Shown one piece after another: positions 37,711-50,189 of a DNA stretch of 64,000 nucleotides (position 1 is the stretch's first letter; each line of letters starts with the position of its first letter). This DNA is from Galemys pyrenaicus (taxonomy: Eukaryota): positions 968,990 through 1,032,989 of the forward strand of contig JAGFMF010011926.1 in assembly GCA_019455555.1 (NCBI GenBank). The letters are read 5' to 3'. A program made the position numbers and the translations under genes. Under the pieces are notes generated by a model, which was given only the letters and a program-made list of their open reading frames with translations, was not told where the DNA came from and searched no databases.

Positions 37711-38571
37711 GTAGGACGCTAAGGGCAGGTGCAGAGTTTATCTTGGGAAAAGCCTCACCTCTGTCTGAGGCTGTAAGCAAGCCGACCCCACCGGTGATCA
37801 TCTTATTTGTTTCAGCAACTTTGATTCCCTCAAGAGATCAAAAGGGCTTGGTCAAAAAGTCAGTCACACAGCAAGTATTTGCTGCCGCTGTCACTCAAGG
37901 CACTCTACTAAACATTGCAAAGAACAGGGGGCTTAGGATATTGTATTTGACCACCATGTGGTTTTGTTGAAAGATAAGACACACAAGGTAAAAAAGGAAG
38001 CGAAACATAGCTATGTGACATAGATGAGAGCTGGGAGCACATAAGGAGAAGGCAGGCATTGAAGGGTAGGTGAGAAACCTAAGACACAGGGCAGTGTCAC
38101 ACCTGTATATCACTGGGAATGATTGCAACAGAACGTGCTTAAGGGAAGTAATAGATTGGGATGGAGAGGTAGGTCCCGAGCCATAACCACGCTCTCTCCT
38201 CTTAAGCCCCCGTCCCCACTCATAACATGTACTTGCCCATCATTCTCTTCTCAGGCCTGTAGACACCCTCTGTGTCTTAGGGATCTGTACGGAGTTTGCA
38301 GTGGAGGAGATGTGGTCCCATTTGTATCATGAGGCCCCACTTGAACCTGAGCATGACCTATGGCTGGAGTTGGAGCAGAGTTTTGCCTTTTAAGCAGATA
38401 TTCCTGATCTGGCACCAGGGGCCCACACTTTGAGACTGGTGTAGATTGCAGGGAACCCCGGGCTGAGGCCCTCTTGTCTTGGCCTTTTTTTCGCTTGGGA
38501 CTTGGAGAGTCTGGACCTGGAGGGGTCAAGGGAGTATGTTCTGAGCCACACTTCCCTTCTGGCTCTCACAG

Positions 38572-38696
38572 GAGGAGAAGTCTGTGGTGAGTGGCTGTGA
38601 CGGGGTCTCCTCATGTACGTTCCTCTCGGACAATGCCCTCTTTCTTACTTCCTTTGATGGCCTCTTGGAGCTCTGGGACCTGAAGCATGTTAGTCG
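38572..38696 (+). CDS. TEP1: TEP1 exon 35 (WD40)
   Basis: EEKSVVSGCDGVSSCTFLSDNALFLTSFDGLLELWDLKHVS(R); donor CG|GTAAGG. Confidence 0.85.
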
Positions 38697-38828
38697 GTAA
38701 GGAGTTCCTCCGCCATGTCTTAGAGGATCTTACCTATTTGACAGAAGCCCAGAGTGGAGGGTTGGGGGATGAGGACAGAGCCTGTGGACATGGAGCCCCA
38801 GGAGTCTGACTCTGTCTGCCTGGCCTAG

Positions 38829-38928
38829 TGTGCTGCAGACCCAGGCGCACCAGTACCAAGTCACCGCCTGCTGCCTGAGCCCTGACCACCAGCTGCTGGC
38901 CACTGTGTGCCTGGGGGGATGCCTAAAG
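38829..38928 (+). CDS. TEP1: TEP1 exon 36 (WD40)
   Basis: (R)VLQTQAHQYQVTACCLSPDHQLLATVCLGGCLK; donor AAG|GTAATG. Confidence 0.85.
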
Positions 38929-38954
38929 GTAATGACTCAGGGAGCTGTAGAAGC

Positions 38955-39235
38955 TAAAGGGGACCTCATGGCCTCCCTGGTGGCACAGCGGGTTGAGTGC
39001 TGCACTGTGAAGCATCCACAGCACAGCAGCAAGAGTTCAATCCCTGGCCAGAGAGGGGACCCACATGGCGCAGCAGACCTCTCCTGCCTTGCCCGCTGCT
39101 CCCCTCAGCAGTGTACTTCGGTCAATTTGTCTGTTCTGCCCCCAACTCTTGTCTCTGGTGAATCCTCTCACCTACCATGCCTCTGGCCTGTACCCCAGCT
39201 CTTGTATGCATAAGTAAATAAATCTTTAAAAAACT
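38955..39235 (+). mobile_element. tRNA-derived SINE copy in TEP1 intron 36
   Basis: ggcctccctggtggcacagcgggttgag...ttgtatgcataagtaaataaatctttaaaaaac. Confidence 0.8.
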
Positions 39236-39437
39236 GAAATAAAAATAAAGGGGTCCTCAACTCCAAGTCAGCCCCAGCTCGGTGGGGTTCTTTGAGCATG
39301 GCAGAGGCTGCTGACTGCTTCACCTGGAGTGGCCTTTCCTACTGAGGGCAGGCGACTGGGTGGGCCCTGAAGCTCAAGGTCTGAGAAGCTCAGGCATCTG
39401 TCTTCAACACCCTGATTCCCCTTCTTCCCTCCTCCAG

Positions 39438-39593
39438 CTGTGGGACACTATCCGCGGGCAGCTGGCTTTCCAGCACACCTGCCCCCAGCCCCTGAACTGT
39501 GTTGCCTTCCACCCTGAGGGGCAGGTGATAGCCACAGGCAGCTGGGCTGGCAGCTTCAGCTTCTTCCAGGTGGATGGGCTGAGTCTCACCAAG
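39438..39593 (+). CDS. TEP1: TEP1 exon 37 (WD40)
   Basis: LWDTIRGQLAFQHTCPQPLNCVAFHPEGQVIATGSWAGSFSFFQVDGLSLTK; donor AAG|GTGAGA. Confidence 0.85.
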
Positions 39594-39735
39594 GTGAGAT
39601 TGTACAGTGTAGTCCCTGGGGAGGAAGCAGGGGGAGCTGGGTGTGGAGGTGTGGACTGGCGGACAGTTGCATCCATGGGTTGAGGTTTGTGTTGAGCGCA
39701 GACACTGACATTTCAATTTCTACCTCCCTGCGTAG

Positions 39736-39948
39736 GAACTTGGGGCCCCAGGACCCTCTGTCCGAACCTTGGCCTTCAATGTGCCTGGGCGGGTTGTGGC
39801 TGTGGGCCGGCTGGACAGGATGGTGGAGCTGTGGGCCTGGCAAGAGGGGGCGCGGCTGGCATCCTTCCCTGCCCACCAGGGCTTTGTTGCTGCTGCCCTT
39901 TTCCTGAGAGCTGGGTGCCAGCTGGTGACGACTGGAGAGGATGGCAAG
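39736..39948 (+). CDS. TEP1: TEP1 exon 38 (WD40)
   Basis: ELGAPGPSVRTLAFNVPGRVVAVGRLDRMVELWAWQEGARLASFPAHQGFVAAALFLRAGCQLVTTGEDGK; donor AAG|GTCAGG. Confidence 0.85.
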
Positions 39949-40188
39949 GTCAGGTCTGAGGGCTGGTTGGCAGGAGAGGGCAACAGAGGCTGGGGATGTT
40001 CAGCTAACGGTGGGACCTCTGTTGAGATGACTGTGGGGGAGCTTGGTTGGTATGAGCTGCAGGGAGAGGGGTATGGTGTCTGCCGGGGAAGCTCTCATGA
40101 GAAGAGCCTCTGGGAGGAGGGCTTTAATGGGGTGACTGTCACTCCTGGTGGAAGTGGCGTATGTATAAGCTTTTCTCTTGGCCCTCAG

Positions 40189-40342
40189 GTTCAGGTGTGG
40201 TCCGGGTCTCTGGGTCAGCCCCGAGGGTGCCTCGGTTCCTCCCCGCTCTCTCCTGCCCTGTCCGTGGCTCTCAGCCCAGAGGGTGATCTGGTGGCTGTCG
40301 GGTACCGAGCAGATGGCATTAGGGTCTACGGAATCTCTTCAG
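40189..40342 (+). CDS. TEP1: TEP1 exon 39 (WD40)
   Basis: VQVWSGSLGQPRGCLGSSPLSPALSVALSPEGDLVAVGYRADGIRVYGISS(G); donor G|GTACCT. Confidence 0.8.
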
Positions 40343-40436
40343 GTACCTAAGGGAGAATGATGATGTCGTTGAGCCTTTGGTAAAAGGGGTTCCCTTTTCC
40401 AACTGTGTTAATTTCTTCGTTTTCCTCATTTTCTAG

Positions 40437-40649
40437 GTTCCCAGGGGTCTCGGTGCCAAGCGCTGGATGTGGCTGTGTGTGCACTGGCCTGGCTGAGCCC
40501 TACGGTGTTGGTGAGTGGTGCGGAAGACGGGTCCCTGCAGGGCTGGACTCTCAAGGAACTCTCCCTACAGTCCCTTTGGCTGCTGTCCACACACCAGAAG
40601 CCAGTGCTGGGACTGGCCACCTCCCAGGAACTCTTGGCTTCTGCCTCAG
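40437..40649 (+). CDS. TEP1: TEP1 exon 40 (WD40)
   Basis: (G)SQGSRCQALDVAVCALAWLSPTVLVSGAEDGSLQGWTLKELSLQSLWLLSTHQKPVLGLATSQELLASAS(E); donor G|GTACCG. Confidence 0.8.
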
Positions 40650-41231
40650 GTACCGCTGGGCAGCGGGCAGGGTTGTGAGTCGTTGTTGTCTTTAAATATA
40701 CCTTCCTTTGTTTTCCATGTATATGTGAGCATGAAAACATAATATTTTTATAGCTTTCAGCATGACTTTAGTGTTTGTCTTGCATTTAAAAACAGGGCTC
40801 AATCTAGGCGGTTTCTTCTTCTTGTTCAGATTTGGAGACCTCTTTGCACTCCTTAGAATCAAACTTTGACTTTCTGGGAGATTTGGCTGTGAAAGGAGAG
40901 GAGTTTCCTTGGGAGGGGAAAGAGAGGTTGAGGTGGAAATGCTGAATGGCCTCAGGCCTCTCCAAGTAGACTTGGCTGAAGTGACACCGGCCACTTGAGG
41001 AGGGTGTGGAGGGGAAGTAAGGAGTTAGCGAATGAGCTGGGCCCTGGCCCTTCCTGTGTGTGCTCACATGATGGCTGATCCCTGTCCAGGGCCTGTGACT
41101 GTGTCCCTCCCTTGGAGCTGTGCCCTCAGATAACACCCTCAGCCCTCACAACTGCCTTTGTCTTTGGCCTTCCAGGCCTGCCTCAATTCCGCTTTCAGGG
41201 AATTTTGCCCCTCTCCCTATTTCCAATGCAG

Positions 41232-41392
41232 AGGATTTCACTGTACGGCTGTGGCCAAGGCAGTTGCTGATGCTGCCACAGAAGGCAGAAGACTTTCCCT
41301 GTGGCATGGAGCTCCGGGGACACGAGGGGCCTGTGAACTGCTGCAGCTTCAGCACTGACGGAGGCAGCCTCGCCACTGGGGGCAGGGATCGG
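41232..41392 (+). CDS. TEP1: TEP1 exon 41 (WD40)
   Basis: (E)DFTVRLWPRQLLMLPQKAEDFPCGMELRGHEGPVNCCSFSTDGGSLATGGRDR; donor CGG|GTGAGC. Confidence 0.85.
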
Positions 41393-41664
41393 GTGAGCTA
41401 CAGTAGGATGCAGCCCCTGGGCCCTCTCCCCCTGGGGGTCTCCCAGCCCCTTAGAAGCCCTGTAGACCCCGCTGTCCCTGTGGACCCCAAATTTAAACAG
41501 TCCATTTTCCATTGCTTCCTCTGGCTTTTTACTTTGTTGAACCTCCTGCACCTGATCTGTTCACCACCCTTCCCCCTTCCTCCCTCGTTCATGCCTGAAA
41601 CGGCCCTGGTGCCCCCTCTTCCCTCCGGTGGTGCTGACTGTTCCTTCTCCTGGGACCGACCCAG

Positions 41665-41778
41665 AATCTCCTCTGCTGGGACGTGAGGACACCCAAAGCT
41701 CCTGTTCTGATTTGCTCCTTCTCAGGCTGCCACCGTGACTGGGTCACTGGCTGTGCCTGGACAAAAGACAACCTACTG
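41665..41778 (+). CDS. TEP1: TEP1 exon 42 (WD40)
   Basis: NLLCWDVRTPKAPVLICSFSGCHRDWVTGCAWTKDNLL; donor CTG|GTGAGT. Confidence 0.85.
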
Positions 41779-42663
41779 GTGAGTGGAGGGGCACGGGTGA
41801 GCAAAGTTCAGCAGGGCTTCTAGGGGAGGCCAACTCCCCACCTTCTTCTTTTTTTCACACTCATTTATAATGGTAATAGCTAACATTTATTGAGCACTTG
41901 GCATGTGCCAGGCAGTGTACTTTTCAAATATTATCTTATTTAATCTTTATAACTCCCTTTTTCGAAGACAAGGATAGTGAGCTAAGATAGATCAAAGAAC
42001 ATTTCCAAGGCCATGTAAGTGATGAAACTGGGCCAATAAACCTTCTGATAAGAAAGCCCGTACTTTTAACAAGAACACACAACTGTCACTCAAGGGCTTT
42101 GGATGCTGTGTCCCTGCAGGTAAAGAGTGCTGCTGTCATTCTTTGGTCCAGAGGTAAAAATGAGTTTCAGATTATGTACTCAGGATTGGTGAAGCCTAGT
42201 TTTCCAGTAAAGACCCCACATTGTTCTAAAAAAAAATGAGAAAGGTGTGTGAGCTGAATAGATTCGTCATAGTCTGTCCTACCCTTGCCTTCTAGGCAGC
42301 TGGAACTTTCCTCGGTATTTCAGACTTTCCACTTTTGACTGGGTTTGTTGACTGACATCATGTTCATAACAAAGACAATAGCTGCAATTGATTCCATGCT
42401 CACAGGCAGCAGGCTAAATCTTACATGTAGAGGCATCAGCCCCACAACAACCCTATCAGATACATACACTGTCTTTATCCTCCTTAAATCTGTGGGGCTC
42501 AGAGAGATGAATGTGCCCTGGAACATGAGGTAGGGAGTAGGAGATTTGAACCCAAACAGCCTACACTCTAACTCACAAGGTCCACTGCTCTCTACCGCAC
42601 ATTATAAATGTGCACAAATGCAAAGGGGTGTTGCTAATCCCATCCTCCACCCTCTGCTCTGCA

Positions 42664-42771
42664 GGTCTCCTGCTCCACTGATGGCTCTGTGGCGCTGTGG
42701 AGCCCAGCATCCGGACAGCAGCTCGGCCAGTTCCTGGGCCACCAGAGTGCTGTGAGCGCCGTGGTGGCCGT
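42664..42771 (+). CDS. TEP1: TEP1 exon 43 (WD40)
   Basis: VSCSTDGSVALWSPASGQQLGQFLGHQSAVSAVVAV; donor GTG|GTGAGA. Confidence 0.85.
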
Positions 42772-43102
42772 GGTGAGAAGGCAATGCAGAGCTGGCTGGG
42801 GTCTCCGGGGAGGCCAGAAGCATCGGGCATCTCATCCCAAAGGCAAAGATGTGTAAAGGATGAGATGTTTGGGGCTGGGTTAGAGCAAGGTTAAGGCTGG
42901 TGTGAGGGGAAGGAGAGCATGAACACACAGTGTCTTAGTATCGTTACCTTAGGATTGCGGTATTTAGCCCTCCCACCTCACTGTCCAGAGTTCTCCTCAC
43001 ACTTCCACGTCTTCTAAAACCCTGCTGCTCTACTTACATGTCTGTGATGGGTGTCATGTCCTGCTCTGTGTGACTTTGCCCTGGTCCTGTGCTCTGGGAC
43101 AG

Positions 43103-43235
43103 GAGGAGCACGTGGTGTCCGTGGGCCGGGATGGGACCTTGAAAGTGTGGGACCATCAGGGCGTGGAGCTGACCAGCATCTCTGCTCATGAAGGACCCAT
43201 CAGCCACTGTGCAGCTGCCCTGGAGCCCCGCGCAG
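43103..43235 (+). CDS. TEP1: TEP1 exon 44 (WD40)
   Basis: EEHVVSVGRDGTLKVWDHQGVELTSISAHEGPISHCAAALEPR(A); donor G|GTAACG. Confidence 0.85.
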
Positions 43236-43322
43236 GTAACGAACTGTCAGCCGCCTTCTTTTCCCCATGCTTCTTCCTTCTCTGCTTCTCCCTTCTTCTG
43301 ACTCAGTCTCATATTTTACCAG

Positions 43323-43399
43323 CTGGTCAGCCTGGGGCAGAGCTTCTGGTGGTGACTGTTGGATTGGATGGGGCCACACGGCTGTGGCATCCACTCTTG
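43323..43399 (+). CDS. TEP1: TEP1 exon 45 (WD40)
   Basis: (A)GQPGAELLVVTVGLDGATRLWHPLL; donor TTG|GTGAGT. Confidence 0.85.
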
Positions 43400-43499
43400 G
43401 TGAGTTCCCTGAAGCACTGAGGTGGCTTGGGTGAGAGGGTACATGGGACAACCTGTTGTGTCAACCCTCCACTGTTCCATCTCCATCCTTTCCTTCTAG

Positions 43500-43632
43500 G
43501 TGTTTCAGACACATACCTTGCAGGGACATAGCGGCCCAGTGAGTGCAGCTGCTGTTTCAGAGACCTCAGGTCTCCTACTGACCACCTCAGAGGATGGTTT
43601 AGTCCAGCTCTGTGAGGTACCTAAGGAAACAG
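43500..43632 (+). CDS. TEP1: TEP1 exon 46 (WD40)
   Basis: VFQTHTLQGHSGPVSAAAVSETSGLLLTTSEDGLVQLCEVPKET(D); donor G|GTGAGT. Confidence 0.8.
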
Positions 43633-43756
43633 GTGAGTGAGGCAAAGTATGAAAGAGGGGTGTGTTACTGGGCCCAAGAGGGCCAAATGCAGCCTGCTCT
43701 CCTCTTGTACCCCAGTAGTGGTCCAGCTCCTAATGAGTCACTTTCTTTTTCTCCAG

Positions 43757-43893
43757 ATGACACCAACAAGCCCAGAAACCCTGCAGCCATCACTGCTATG
43801 GTCTGGGCTCCAGATGGTTCTTTGGCAGTGTCTGGGAGTCAAGCTGGGGAACTCACCTTGTGGCAGAATGCTAAGGCTGTGGCCACCGCACAG
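43757..43893 (+). CDS. TEP1: TEP1 exon 47 (WD40)
   Basis: (D)DTNKPRNPAAITAMVWAPDGSLAVSGSQAGELTLWQNAKAVATAQ; donor CAG|GTGAGC. Confidence 0.85.
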
Positions 43894-44050
43894 GTGAGCT
43901 GGGCAATGTCAGTTCTCTGTCTACGTAACTTTTGCCTGGGTATATGCTTAATGGGATATACCTGGTTAGAGGTTGTTTAGAAGCCTCAGAGAGGAAAGTG
44001 GATTAATCCTGGATCCTCACAAGTTCTGAATGATCTTACTGTACACCCAG

Positions 44051-44175
44051 GCTCCAGGCTGCATCAATGCTCTGATTTGGTATTTGGATGACCTCTTGAT
44101 TGTTCTCAGTGCTAATGAAAAAATCAGCACATGGGTAGTGTCACAGAAGAAGACTTCTACACACAAAAGTATCAG
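44051..44175 (+). CDS. TEP1: TEP1 exon 48
   Basis: APGCINALIWYLDDLLIVLSANEKISTWVVSQKKTSTHKSI(S); donor AG|GTAAAC. Confidence 0.75.
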
Positions 44176-45207
44176 GTAAACAAAGCAGCTGGGTTAGTGT
44201 GATATAAACGGTAGTCTCCTTACACCCCAGACTTGACTCAGGTCACTTGAAACAGAAAGAAGTCTCTGGGAAATTGTTTTTGGCTCCTTGTCATGTCAGT
44301 TTAAGTAATAATTATCAAGGACCTGCATTATGTTAAGCTGTGGGCCAGTGAATCAGATTGAATTTTGTTTTTTTAGTTAAGGAAGCTCACAGTAGAGGAA
44401 TGTGCATACCAGTAAACCACCACCAACCGAGTGATGAGTGTTGTAATGAATATATGCACATGCATATATGAATGTATATAATGCGGCTCTTGTTATTTAT
44501 TATTATTTTTAATTCCTAGGGGTGCAGAATTTGAGGAACTTACAGTTTTTTAAGAGTTGCTATTTGAAATTGGGTTTAATGGATGAGTAGTTTAATGGAC
44601 TATAGAGCAGGGGATGGTGTTTGAGGAGAAGGCAGCAGCTTTAACTGAATGCATGGAAGCATGAGAATGCATGATGTTTTGGGCATAGTCAAGTCCTGGA
44701 GTTCTTGTTGGGGGTTGGATTGAAAGATAAACTGAGGCCAGGCTGTAGAGGATGTTGTGCGAAGAATTTCAAGTAGAATAATGATGGGAATTTGAAAAGT
44801 TAGACTGTGGTGGTGGTATGGAAGATGGAAAGTAGACCCTCAAGGTGGGGCGACCACACTTACAGCTGTCCTTTACCCAGGGAGGGTGTCGAGTGGGCCT
44901 GACCCAGGCAGTGGGTGTATAGATTTAGGCTTGTGTTGAGAGTGAGAACCAGAGTACTCATTGACTGACTGATGATCTGAGGCAAGGCCAAGACAAGAAT
45001 GTCAGAGATTCTTAGCTGAAAGTTAAGGGGATGGTGATGATAAACACTAATCTAAGAAAAACAGAAAAAAAGAACAGGGTTTACAGAAAAGCTAATCCAT
45101 TTTGTTTTATATTTCACTGCTGAGCAACTCCTGGGAAACTGAGAAGCCTGAGAGAGATGGACTAAAGTGGGACTTTTCTCTGTCCATGTACCTTTTTTTT
45201 TTTAAAG

Positions 45208-45357
45208 CTACAGTCTTCAACTGAAACAAGTTTTGCGTGAGGACTCGGGCTTCCTGGCACACATGGACCTGGCCCCTGATGGTCAGTCCCTCATCTTGCT
45301 CACAGCTGACTCTGAAATTCTGAACATGAATCTAGGAGATGCTCCATCTGAAATCTG
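45208..45357 (+). CDS. TEP1: TEP1 exon 49
   Basis: (S)YSLQLKQVLREDSGFLAHMDLAPDGQSLILLTADSEILNMNLGDAPSEI(W); donor TG|GTAAGA. Confidence 0.8.
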
Positions 45358-45505
45358 GTAAGATTCAAACTACTGTTTCCTCCTGGTCTGGAGAAAGAAG
45401 AAAGGTGGATTTGTGGATAGCCTGAGGTTGGGTCTGACTCAGAACCAAAACTGGGGTCTTACAGAGGCCTCCCTGGGCATGGCCTCTTTCTTTCTTGTAA
45501 ACCAG

Positions 45506-45605
45506 GAATGGCTCCTACGCACATGCTGCGATCTTGTCCACCCACAAGGACTATGGTATATTTTTCCTGAATTACACTGACCCTCGATTTAAACTTCATT
45601 TCTTG
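45506..45605 (+). CDS. TEP1: TEP1 exon 50
   Basis: (W)NGSYAHAAILSTHKDYGIFFLNYTDPRFKLHFL; donor TTG|GTAAGT. Confidence 0.8.
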
Positions 45606-46330
45606 GTAAGTTTTATGTGGGTATATGTTCAACAAACATTTATCCAGGACCAATAGCTTAAAACCTTGGCACCATCATGGAGAATAAAGAGGAAGGAATA
45701 GGTAGTTGGTTCCAAATCCCCTTTTCTTCCTTTAAGTGGAATCACTCTACATACAAGTATCATTTATTGGGTTTCCCTGAAGATTTCATTGATACAAGGA
45801 AATGATTCTAGCATTTAAAAAACATGAGAAACCACAAACCTAAGCACTTCCTTCAATACATTTCCTCTCATGTGTCTCATCTGGCCGCTGTGGGTTGTCA
45901 GCAGTGTCTGGCACAGTACAGGCGTATCTCACGACAACCTGTTGGGTGAAAGAAACCAGACACTACAAAACACACACTAATGGTTTCACTTATGTGAAGT
46001 TCAAGAACAAGTACAACTAGCCTGTGTGACAGGAGTCAGAACACTTAGCTCTGGGCAGTTCTGCTCTGGTATTGACTGGGAAGGGGTGCGAGGACACTTT
46101 TTTGGGGTGATGGAAAAGATCACATATTGATCTAGGCAGTGATTTCATAGGTACATACAAGTGTGAAAATTCATTTAGATCTGCATTTCAGATTTACACA
46201 CTTTACTGTCTCTAAGTTATAGTTAAAACAAACAAATTCCTGACCAGCCCAGAGCTGAAGGTGGCTGCTTTGTCTGGGCAGGATTGTGACATGACGAGGC
46301 TAAACAAAATGATCTCTCCTTTAACATAAG

Positions 46331-46433
46331 GGAAAGAAATCAGAAGCACGTGAATACAGTGAGGAATTTCCTTTGAACTTAGAGAATCCAAGTGGGACCT
46401 TCATGTCAATGACTCAGGCCAAACCTGAATCTG
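46331..46433 (+). CDS. TEP1: TEP1 exon 51
   Basis: GKKSEAREYSEEFPLNLENPSGTFMSMTQAKPES(E); donor G|GTGAGT. Confidence 0.75.
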
Positions 46434-46548
46434 GTGAGTTTTGATTGGATTTATAGAAAAGCTAATCCAGTCTGGAGATGGCTATGGGGAGGATGGTGGA
46501 TTCTTTAAAGCCTGAGACCTGGTTCTAACTGTGCCCTTGAATTGGTAG

Positions 46549-46742
46549 AGTCCTCATTTTTATGTGCCAGCTCCGATGGGCGGTTGTGGAACTTAGCCAA
46601 ACGCACCCCTGAGGGAGAATGGACCACAGGTAACATCTGGCAGGAAAAAGTAAACATACCTGACACTGAAACTTCAGATAGAGATTCGTCTGAATGTAGC
46701 TGGCCAGTAGTCCAAGAACTAAGGACACGGCAGCATAGAAAG
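46549..46742 (+). CDS. TEP1: TEP1 exon 52
   Basis: (E)SSFLCASSDGRLWNLAKRTPEGEWTTGNIWQEKVNIPDTETSDRDSSECSWPVVQELRTRQHRK; donor AAG|GTGAGT. Confidence 0.8.
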
Positions 46743-46852
46743 GTGAGTTTGAAAGAAATAAAGAGGAGGAGGCTGTACATCTGACCCTGCAGTCTTTGAT
46801 GCTTCCTTGAGAAGGTCCTTTGAGAACTCACTGCACTGCTTCCTTCTCTCAG

Positions 46853-46957
46853 ATTCACTCGGGCTCCGTCACAGCCCTCCATGTGCTGCCTGAGTTGCTG
46901 GTGACAGCTTCAAAGGACAGAGATGTTAAACTGTGGGAACGATCCAGTATGCAGCTG
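46853..46957 (+). CDS. TEP1: TEP1 exon 53 (WD40)
   Basis: IHSGSVTALHVLPELLVTASKDRDVKLWERSSMQL; donor CTG|GTAAGT. Confidence 0.85.
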
Positions 46958-47166
46958 GTAAGTGTGTGTGTGTGCAGGAGGGCTAGGAAGATGTCACAGT
47001 GGGGCCAGCTTGGAATCAGAAGGCACAGAAAATCAAAATTCTGTTTTCTTTCTTGCAATGTGTCACAAATCTGTTTCTAAATAAAAGGAATTAATGTAGG
47101 GAAAAGGCTAGTGAGGAAGCCCTCGGCTTGCAGCCCTCATCTCCCCCATTTTTGTTCCTTTTGCAG

Positions 47167-47289
47167 CGGGGCCTGTTCCGATGTGAAGGGGCAGTGAGCT
47201 GCCTGGAACCTCGAATGGGTCCTGACTCTCCTCTGCAGCTCGCCGTGGGAGACTCACAGGGCAATGTATACTTTCTGTCCTGGGAATGA
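47167..47289 (+). CDS. TEP1: TEP1 terminal coding exon with TGA stop at 47287-47289
   Basis: RGLFRCEGAVSCLEPRMGPDSPLQLAVGDSQGNVYFLSWE*; the 54 exon lengths sum to 7644 nt (2547 aa) with consistent phases. Confidence 0.85.
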   Translation, partial: RGLFRCEGAVSCLEPRMGPDSPLQLAVGDSQGNVYFLSWE

Positions 47290-47445
47290 AGATGCACAGC
47301 TCAGAGATAACTCCAGGGCTAGAGATGCAAAACTTGAAGACATCAGTGGCTTCTTTCTTGATAAAACTTTAAAAATTACGTATCAGAAAATCTGAAATGC
47401 AGACCTGCTTGCATTCTCATGTGGATTTGAATCAAGAAGGAAGCA

Positions 47446-47698
47446 CAGGAGCCTCCCTGGTGGTGTAAGGGGTTGAGCACCGCACTGAGGCAGTGCAGCC
47501 ACGAGTTGATCCCCGCCTGGGGAGGGGACCCACATGGCATGGCAGACCTCTCTTGCCTCACCTACTGCTCCCCTCAGCAGTAGATCTGCCTATTCTGCTC
47601 CCCACTTTGTCTCTAGTGAAGCCTTTCACCCCTGCCATACCTCTGACCTGTACCCCAGCTCTTGTATGTATAAATAAAATCTTTAAAAAAAAATAAAG
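47446..47698 (+). mobile_element. tRNA-derived SINE copy in the TEP1 3-prime UTR / downstream region
   Basis: Same family, A-rich tail. Confidence 0.8.
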
Positions 47699-50189
47699 TA
47701 GGAAGCACAGATATGTGGATATTGTAACATTTTTCCAGTTTTTGTTACTCTTTTCTGATTTAAATTTATCCTTAGTAAAACTGAAGCGTGAACAACATCA
47801 TTAGTAGGTATCTTTTGAAAGTGGGCTTTTGAATTAATGGCATTGCTTGCTGGCTAGAGGGCTCTAAAATAGAGCCTGTGCCTGTCAGGAACTTGAATGA
47901 GTGATGTTGGCCATCAGCTTGAAAAGAAAGCTGAAGGCCTCGCACTTGTTTGAGAAAAAATAAGGAAGAATCAGTTGTGCCCCATCAGGGCATTTAGAAA
48001 GAACTGAGAACTAGGACAATGCTAGGATTCCCTCACAGAAAGATCTGTCTACTCAGAACTGACTGCCCAGATGAGCAGCAAGAAGCCAGGTTACTTCTGG
48101 CTTCCAAAGCCTCTGACAGAACAGTGGCTATGTAGTATAATGATTTTATTCTTGAAGAGATGACAAAATCAGTTCTCTCTTAAATTGAAGTTCATGAAGA
48201 TTAAAATTAGCTGAAAGGTGAAACAATCATATTCATGGGCTGACTTACCATGGACTGTACTCTTAAGTAAAAGGTCTGGAACCTCTTATTTTCTTACAAT
48301 TCTCTTATAGAAGTTCCCTGAGGCACTTTTTTCTCTAAGGTTTAAGGAAGAAGGAAATGTCTCCTGTGTCCAAGAATTCAAGAATGGAATGTGTAATATG
48401 ATAAGCCAGGGTGATTACAGTTTTGTCATGGGTTGGTAGGGTTCTGTCAGAGAAATACCACTACATGGTGGTCTAGAAATGAGTTTTGAGAATTTGGGGA
48501 GTTAAGATGTACTGAGTTTTGTGCTCACTTTGCTGATTCCAGGTTTTATATGAAGAAATCACTGATGCCTTGTCAACTCTCTCAGCTAGAGGATAAAGAC
48601 ATAAGAATGCCATCAGCTTTTAACATCTTAACCATATATCATGCCTCTATGTGTTTGTGTGTGCCTCATGCCAGGGCTCCAAAGAAACTTCTAAATCATT
48701 TTACATATACCTTGTGACCAGAAGTCAAGTTAAAGTAATTTGAAATGAATGATTTACAGTTCTACTAGAAACCCTAGAGAAGCACAGAATTATATTATAT
48801 TAAACATTACCTTTTATTCCCTTAAAAACTTTGGCCACAGACTGGAGAAAGCCCTAGATATCTATCCGTGTTCATTCTACAATACCAGCTCAAGCTGGAG
48901 GACTGGGAATGGGGAAGGTTAAGTAAGCAAAGGCTAACTTGCTCAGTAGCTGAGCATTCTTGGCCAGGTCACTTGAAGGATTCTTTACTATCTTGTAGAT
49001 ACACAGTGAGGTCATACTCTAGTTGCTGTGAGGAAGACAAAAGCAGACTCTGTACGAGGTACATAAAGGAGCTGAAGGGAAAATCAGTTTAGGTTTTATA
49101 GCAAACAAGTTCTGGGTTATTATTTAACATATTTTCAATCTCCCAGTGCCTGAAGACATTCCACAATTATAGCTACTGAATTTTGGGCTCATAGAACAGT
49201 CTTGTCTTCTACCTGTTCACAAAAGCACCTTATTCATTATTAAATTTTTACACATATTTGTGTACAATTTGCTTTTGAAATCTAGAGCAAACCTGAGAGG
49301 GTCAGTGAGAACTCTTTGCTCACAGTTAGAGATCTCTTTTTTAACTGAACCTTTCCATATTCTGTTAGAAGCAAGTCACTAGGCCCAGCCTATACCCAAG
49401 GAGAATGAAATCGCTAACAGGTACAGATATCAAAGAATTATGGGCATTAAAATAATTGCAGTAACCAATACATTTTGATTTGTATTTTGAGATAACATCT
49501 TCATTGACTCATCAATAGTATTTATCCATTGATCTTGACCAAAGCAATTATTACAATGGTTTTTTTAATGATGATTTTCTATTTTCCTCAGCCCTCTACA
49601 TTAATTAAAATTCTTTTGAATAATTCATTTAATTAGTTATATATGGATCTTTTGCACATAACAATGCTACGTTGACATTTATACATATTATACATCTGTA
49701 ATTCTTAGGTCAAGGGGTGTATATGTTTTAAATTTTGACAGAGACTGGTAATCTGGTCTCTAAAACATGACAGGTTATTGTTTTAATTTAAATTACCTTC
49801 AATATTATCTAAGAAGAGTGTCGTGTATGTGTGTAATCAAGAAGTCTTTGAATCAGACTTGAATTTGATACCTCTTTGAGAAGTCTGTACTTTTTCCCTT
49901 TCTGCCCTGAAATATATTTATACTTAGTGACAGTCCTCCAAGTGCTTCCAAAATTTTTGGACTCTGCTGAGTCCTAGATTGTTAGGCAGTGGGAGACCTG
50001 CCTAGTTGGTAAACAGAGAAAAAGGTAAATGGGAAGATTTGGATGGAAAAAAGTGCATACCTCAGCCTTTCCCATCCTAGAATAATTCCCAACAAACTCC
50101 AGTTTGGAGGAAAATTGAATTAATGGGGGAAAAGCACCAGTTTCTACCGTATCCCTCAATGCATAGAGGCTATTCTGCTATGAAGGGAC